Shown here one piece after another: positions 59,559 to 64,000 of a DNA stretch of 64,000 bases (position 1 is its first letter; each line of letters starts with the position of its first letter). Location of the stretch: positions 64,001 to 128,000 of the forward strand of contig CAVSDR010000003.1 in the NCBI GenBank assembly GCA_963726745.1. Direction: 5' to 3'. The notes under the pieces are model-generated. The model saw only the letters and a list, made by a program, of their open reading frames with translations. It was not told the DNA's origin and did not search any database. Made by a program: the position numbers and the translations under genes. This DNA comes from an uncultured Verrucomicrobiae bacterium. GTDB lineage: Bacteria; Verrucomicrobiota; Verrucomicrobiia; Chthoniobacterales; UBA10450.

Positions 59559-62054
59559 ATGGCCGAAACGCTCACGCCGATGATGCAGCAATACCAGCGG
59601 CTGCGCGCGAGCGTCCCGCCGGACACGCTCCTGCTCTTCCGCCTGGGCGATTTCTACGAGCTTTTCTTCGAGGACGCGAAAGACGCCTCCGCCTTGCTAA
59701 ACGTCGCGCTGACCAAGCGGAACGGCGTCCCCATGTGCGGCGTCCCGTATCACGCGGCGCAAAATTACCTCGCGAAGCTGATCAAGGCCGGCCGGCGCGT
59801 GGCCATTTGCGACCAGACAAGCGCACCGCAGGCAGGGAAGATCGTCGATCGCGAGATCACGCAGATCATCACCGCCGGCACGGTGAGCGAGCTTGATCTC
59901 CTGGAATCGAAGCGCGCGAATTATCTCGGCGCGATCTACGCGGGCGGCGCGAAGTTTGGCTTCGCCTACGCCGACCTGACCACGGGCGAGTTCCGGCTCA
60001 CGGAAGCGGCGAGCGTGAACGCGTTACGCGATGAACTCGCGCGCGTGAGCCCGGCGGAGTTGCTGGTGAGCGACGAGCAGCAAGCGACCTTTGCGGAAAT
60101 AGACGGCACTTTGCCGCACGACAGCTACGCCTTCCTCCCGGAGCAGGCGGTCTTCCTTCTTTGCGAGCACTTCGGGGTGAAATCGCTCGATGGGTTCGGC
60201 TGCGGCGAAATGCCGGCGGCGGTCGGAGCGGCCGGCGCCTTGGTGCATTACCTGAAGCATCACCTCCGGCGAAAGATCGAGCATCTCACTTCGCTACGGT
60301 GCGATTCGCCGGCGGAACACGTGGTCCTCGACCTCGCGACGCAGAGCAACCTCGAGCTCGTCGCTTCGCGCGGAGCGCGCGACATGAGCCTGCTCGCGGC
60401 GCTCGACCGCACGACCACGCCGATGGGCGGGCGGAAGTTGCGCAGCTGGATTCTGCAACCTCTGCGCGACCTCACGGAGCTGGAGCGCCGGCAGGAAACG
60501 ATCGCGGAATTGCTCGCGGAGTCCGACCTGCTCGCGAGCCTGCGTGATGCGCTCAAGGGCGTGCGCGACCTTGAGCGCGCGATCGGCCGGCTAAACCAGG
60601 TCTCGGGCAACGCGCGCGACCTGGTGGCCTTGCGCAGCTCGCTCGAGCAGGTCCCGGCGCTTAAGCGCGAGCTCGGGAAATTGATCGAGCGCGTGACCTA
60701 CGGCTCGAGCGCGGCGCCACGCTCGCATGCGCTCCGCTTGCAGGAGGAGCTGCGGGAACTGCCGGAATTGCTCGAGCTGCTCGCCCGCGCAGTCACCGAC
60801 GATCCGCCCTTCACGCTCAAGGATGGCGGCATTTTCAAGGATGGCTACGCGGAGGATCTGGACGAGCTCCGGCGGGCGTCGCGTGAAGGGAAAAACTGGA
60901 TCAACGAACTGCAGGAACGCGAGATTGCCGCCACCGGAATCAAGTCGCTCAAGGTCCGCTTCACCTCGGTTTTTGGTTACTTCATCGAGATCACAAAATC
61001 GAATCTCGCGGGCGTCCCGGCGCATTACACCCGCAAGCAAACCACCGTCGGCGGCGAGCGTTTCATTACGCCCGAGCTGAAGGAAATCGAGGCGCAGATT
61101 CTGGGCGCGGACGAACGCGCGCGGCAGCTCGAGCTCCAGCTTTTCGGCAAACTGCGCGAGGAAACCCTGCAGCATCTCCCGGCGATCCAGGCGATCGCGG
61201 CCGCGATTGCGACGCTCGATGTCCTTTGCGGGCTCGCGGAGACGGCGCGGCTTTTCAATTACTGCCGGCCGAAATTAGACGACACTCTCCGGCTGGTGAT
61301 CAAGGACGGGCGGCACCCGGTGTTGGACCAAAACCTGGCGGAGGAAAAGTTCGTCCCGAACGACACCACGCTCGATGGAAACGGCGCGCGCCTGGCGATC
61401 ATCACCGGGCCGAACATGGCCGGGAAGTCGACCTACATTCGGCAGGTGGCGCTGCTTACTTTGATGGCGCAGATCGGGAGTTTCGTCCCCGCGGCGAGCG
61501 CGGAGATTGGCCTGGTCGATCGGATTTTCACGCGGGTGGGCGCAAACGACGACCTCTCGCGCGGGCAATCGACCTTCATGGTCGAGATGAACGAGACCGC
61601 CAACATCATGAACAACGCGAGCGCGCGCAGCCTGGTCATCCTGGACGAGATCGGGCGCGGCACCTCGACCTTCGACGGGCTCTCGATCGCCTGGAGCGTG
61701 GCCGAGTTTCTCCACGACACGCTCAAGGCGCGGACGCTTTTCGCGACGCACTACCACGAGCTGACCAAGCTGGCCGAGGAGCGGAAGGGCGTGTGCAATT
61801 TCAACGTGGCCGTGCGCGAATGGAACGAGCAGATCATTTTCCTGCGCAAGATCGTGCCCGGCGGCGCCGACCGCTCCTACGGCATCCAGGTCGCGCGGCT
61901 CGCCGGGTTGCCCCGGGAAATTCTCGAGCGGGCCAAGGAAATCCTGGCGCACCTGGAGCATCCGCAGGCCGCGGCCGCGGAAGCGTCGCCGAAGACGAAA
62001 CGCCGGAAAGCGGCCATGCCGACGGCCCAGAAACCACAGATGGAATTGCTTTGA
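59559..62054 (+). CDS. mutS: DNA mismatch repair protein MutS
   Basis: TPMMQQY, FRLGDFYELF, TGPNMAGKSTY, GQSTFMVEM, DEIGRGTST, ATHYHEL, SYGIQVA. Confidence 0.97.
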   Translation: MAETLTPMMQQYQRLRASVPPDTLLLFRLGDFYELFFEDAKDASALLNVALTKRNGVPMCGVPYHAAQNYLAKLIKAGRRVAICDQTSAPQAGKIVDREITQIITAGTVSELDLLESKRANYLGAIYAGGAKFGFAYADLTTGEFRLTEAASVNALRDELARVSPAELLVSDEQQATFAEIDGTLPHDSYAFLPEQAVFLLCEHFGVKSLDGFGCGEMPAAVGAAGALVHYLKHHLRRKIEHLTSLRCDSPAEHVVLDLATQSNLELVASRGARDMSLLAALDRTTTPMGGRKLRSWILQPLRDLTELERRQETIAELLAESDLLASLRDALKGVRDLERAIGRLNQVSGNARDLVALRSSLEQVPALKRELGKLIERVTYGSSAAPRSHALRLQEELRELPELLELLARAVTDDPPFTLKDGGIFKDGYAEDLDELRRASREGKNWINELQEREIAATGIKSLKVRFTSVFGYFIEITKSNLAGVPAHYTRKQTTVGGERFITPELKEIEAQILGADERARQLELQLFGKLREETLQHLPAIQAIAAAIATLDVLCGLAETARLFNYCRPKLDDTLRLVIKDGRHPVLDQNLAEEKFVPNDTTLDGNGARLAIITGPNMAGKSTYIRQVALLTLMAQIGSFVPAASAEIGLVDRIFTRVGANDDLSRGQSTFMVEMNETANIMNNASARSLVILDEIGRGTSTFDGLSIAWSVAEFLHDTLKARTLFATHYHELTKLAEERKGVCNFNVAVREWNEQIIFLRKIVPGGADRSYGIQVARLAGLPREILERAKEILAHLEHPQAAAAEASPKTKRRKAAMPTAQKPQMELL

Positions 62055-62095
62055 TTCTCGACTTCGCGCGCGGCAACAGATGAGGGTGAAAACAC

Positions 62096-63508
62096 ATGGC
62101 GGTTAAGACAGAAAAAGAACTGAGCGAAGCGCAGCGGAGCCATTGGCTGAAGGCGGTGGCCGCGGTGGAAATGCGGAATTTTGGCTACGCCATCTCGCTT
62201 CTGCAGGGAATCCTGAAACACGAGCCGGAATTCCTCACCGGCCGGCAGCTCCTCCGGCGCACCGAAGTGACGAAGCTGCGCGCGGAAAAGAAGAGCTTCT
62301 TCAGCATGTCGACCTCCTCGATCGGGGTGATGAAGGCGAAGAACGAGCTGAAGAAAGATCCGCGCAAGGCGATGGAATTGATCGAGAAAGTGCTCGAGGA
62401 CGAGCCTTACAATCGGCCGGCTAATTTACTCCTGAAAGAAGCGGCGGTCGCCGCCGGTATGCCGGAGATCGGTGTGCTCGCGATGCAGACTTTGCTCGAG
62501 GAAAAGCCGAAGGACACCAAGCTGCTGCACGAGCTCGGCCGGCTGTATCACCAGCTTGAGCAGAGCGACAAGGAAGTCGAAATCTACAACCGCATCACCG
62601 AGGTCGACCCGCTCGACTCCGAAGCGCTGCGGCTCGGGAAGGATGCCTCCGCCCGTGCCTCGATGAAGAGCGGCGGCTGGACCGAAGCCGAGAGCTATCG
62701 CGATTTAATCAAGGACAAGGAGACGGCGGTTTCGCTGGAGCAGCAAAACCGCATGGTCCTGACCGGCGAGTCGCTCGACCAGCAAATCGCCGAGACCTAC
62801 GAGCGCCATCAGGCGGAGCCGGAGAGCGTCGATCACGCGCGCAAGCTGGCGATGCTCAGCGAGCAGAAGGAAGACTACGAAAGCGCGATCGCCTGGTATC
62901 AATACGCGGCCGACCTGACCGGCGGCGCGGACAGCGCGCTCGTGCGCAAGGTTTCCGATCTCGGGTTCAAGCGCGCCGAGCGCGAGATTGCCGAGAACGA
63001 ACGCTGGCTCGCGGAACATGGCCCGGACGACGAAGGCTACGCCGAGCGCGCGGCGGCCCTGGACGCGGCCCGCCGGGCGCGCGCCGAAAGCTCAATCGAG
63101 GAAGCGCGGAAGCGTTCCGAAAGAAATCCGACCGATCTTCAGCTGCGCTTTGAGCTGGGCGAGCATTTGCTCGATGCCGGGCATTATCGCGAGGCGCTCC
63201 CAGAGCTGCAGCGCGCCCGGCAGCACCCAAACGCCCGGCTGCGAGCGATGAACCTGTTAGGCCGCTGTTACCAGCAACTCGGGATGCTCGACCTGGCGGT
63301 GAAGCAATTGGAGGAAGCCTCGCGCGAAATCTTGGTGATGGACGCGCAGAAGAAGGAGATCGTTTATAACCTCGGCCTGGTCTACGAGGAAATGGGGGAA
63401 GCGGAGAAGTCGATCGCGGCGATGAAGGAAATCTACGAGGTCGATTACGGCTACAAGGACGTGGCGACGCGGGTGGAAAGCTCCTACCAGAGCAGCCCGC
63501 AAAGCTAA
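62096..63508 (+). CDS. TPR-repeat protein
   Basis: Helical repeats, NPTDLQLRFELG, YNLGLVYE.MG, YEVDYGYKDV. Confidence 0.8.
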   Translation: MAVKTEKELSEAQRSHWLKAVAAVEMRNFGYAISLLQGILKHEPEFLTGRQLLRRTEVTKLRAEKKSFFSMSTSSIGVMKAKNELKKDPRKAMELIEKVLEDEPYNRPANLLLKEAAVAAGMPEIGVLAMQTLLEEKPKDTKLLHELGRLYHQLEQSDKEVEIYNRITEVDPLDSEALRLGKDASARASMKSGGWTEAESYRDLIKDKETAVSLEQQNRMVLTGESLDQQIAETYERHQAEPESVDHARKLAMLSEQKEDYESAIAWYQYAADLTGGADSALVRKVSDLGFKRAEREIAENERWLAEHGPDDEGYAERAAALDAARRARAESSIEEARKRSERNPTDLQLRFELGEHLLDAGHYREALPELQRARQHPNARLRAMNLLGRCYQQLGMLDLAVKQLEEASREILVMDAQKKEIVYNLGLVYEEMGEAEKSIAAMKEIYEVDYGYKDVATRVESSYQSSPQS

Positions 63509-63614
63509 CGACCGCTGCAGACCTTGGAAATGGGCACGTCCAAGAGAGCGGTGCCTAGCGAAATGAAAGTGCCGGCAATCCGGCAAACCAACCAACCATT
63601 CAGTTAGCAACCTT

Positions 63615-64000
63615 ATGAAATCATTGAAAATTACCACGCGTTACGGCGCGGTCGCAGTCGCCCTCGGCACCTTCTGTTGTGCCAATCTCGCCTTTGCCGC
63701 CGAGCCCAGCGCTTCGCCCGCCACCGGCGCGGCCGAAAAGAAGTCGGACATGAAAATGACGGACAAGCACAAGTCCGACACGAAAATGGACGACAAAAAA
63801 CACGCCGAGATGAAGTCCGACGCGAAGCTCGACGACAAGGACAAGAGCTTCATGATGGAAGCAGCCAAAGGCGGCTTGATGGAAGTCGAGATGGGCAAGA
63901 TGGCGGCCAAGAAAGCCACTAACGCCGACGTCAAGGCTTTCGGCCAGCACATGGTCACCGACCACAGCAAGGCCAACGCCGAGCTGATGGCCCTCGCAAA
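63615..64000 (+). CDS. DUF4142 secreted protein (partial, runs off right edge; absent from ORF track)
   Basis: MKSLKITTRYGAVAVALG.. signal, K/D/M-rich linker, DKSFMMEAAKGGLMEVEMGKMA..VKAFGQHMVTDHSKANAEL. Confidence 0.85.
   Translation, partial: MKSLKITTRYGAVAVALGTFCCANLAFAAEPSASPATGAAEKKSDMKMTDKHKSDTKMDDKKHAEMKSDAKLDDKDKSFMMEAAKGGLMEVEMGKMAAKKATNADVKAFGQHMVTDHSKANAELMALA

Larger units (their letters stand above)
689..63511. repeat. Dispersed over-represented motif GCCTAACGA (core CTAACGA) and sister motif YGGCTAAWW
   Basis: Hand count: 24 exact 9-mers, 38 core 7-mers and 22 sister motifs on both strands (positions listed in findings). Confidence 0.85.

Noticed and set aside
689..63511. GCCTAACGA as Chi/KOPS, a restriction site or a transcription-factor box
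   Set aside because: No strand skew (12/12) within one 64-kb segment, enriched rather than avoided, and mostly intragenic rather than upstream of genes. Not excluded without whole-genome data.

Overview
High-GC (about 65% by eye), gene-dense bacterial chromosome segment with about 52 CDS. It is most likely Verrucomicrobiota (Chthoniobacterales-like), inferred from paired NIS[ST]R C-terminal domains, an SRKTHG/dockerin-like tail and a VPDSG/PEP-CTERM-like protein. Contents: DNA repair/uptake genes (Lhr, UDG-family, comM, ligD, mutS, orphan pilC), housekeeping enzymes (rpiB, hpt, pepF, thrC, DnaJ/CbpA-like, yajQ), two very large secreted beta-helix proteins, and a sigma54 two-component system beside a HlyD/ABC operon with a consensus -24/-12 promoter. 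No rRNA, tRNA, CRISPR or mobile element was recognised. At least 8 genes carry small frameshifts, probably assembly errors. Two observations stand out. (1) A non-palindromic 9-mer, GCCTAACGA, is heavily over-represented: by hand count 24 exact copies split 12/12 between strands, and 38 copies of the core CTAACGA. A sister motif YGGCTAAWW has 22 copies. The sites lie mostly inside genes, in several frames and often via rare codons, so they behave like an uptake-sequence- or HIP1-type genome signal. (2) A motif-free island (40.1-46.5 kb) holds a duplicated two-gene module: a small secreted Cys4/His3 (CxxCH) peptide directly followed by an O-antigen-ligase/TPR enzyme. This suggests dedicated peptide/oligosaccharyltransferase pairs. 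All counts are manual and all family assignments come from motif recognition, not database searches.
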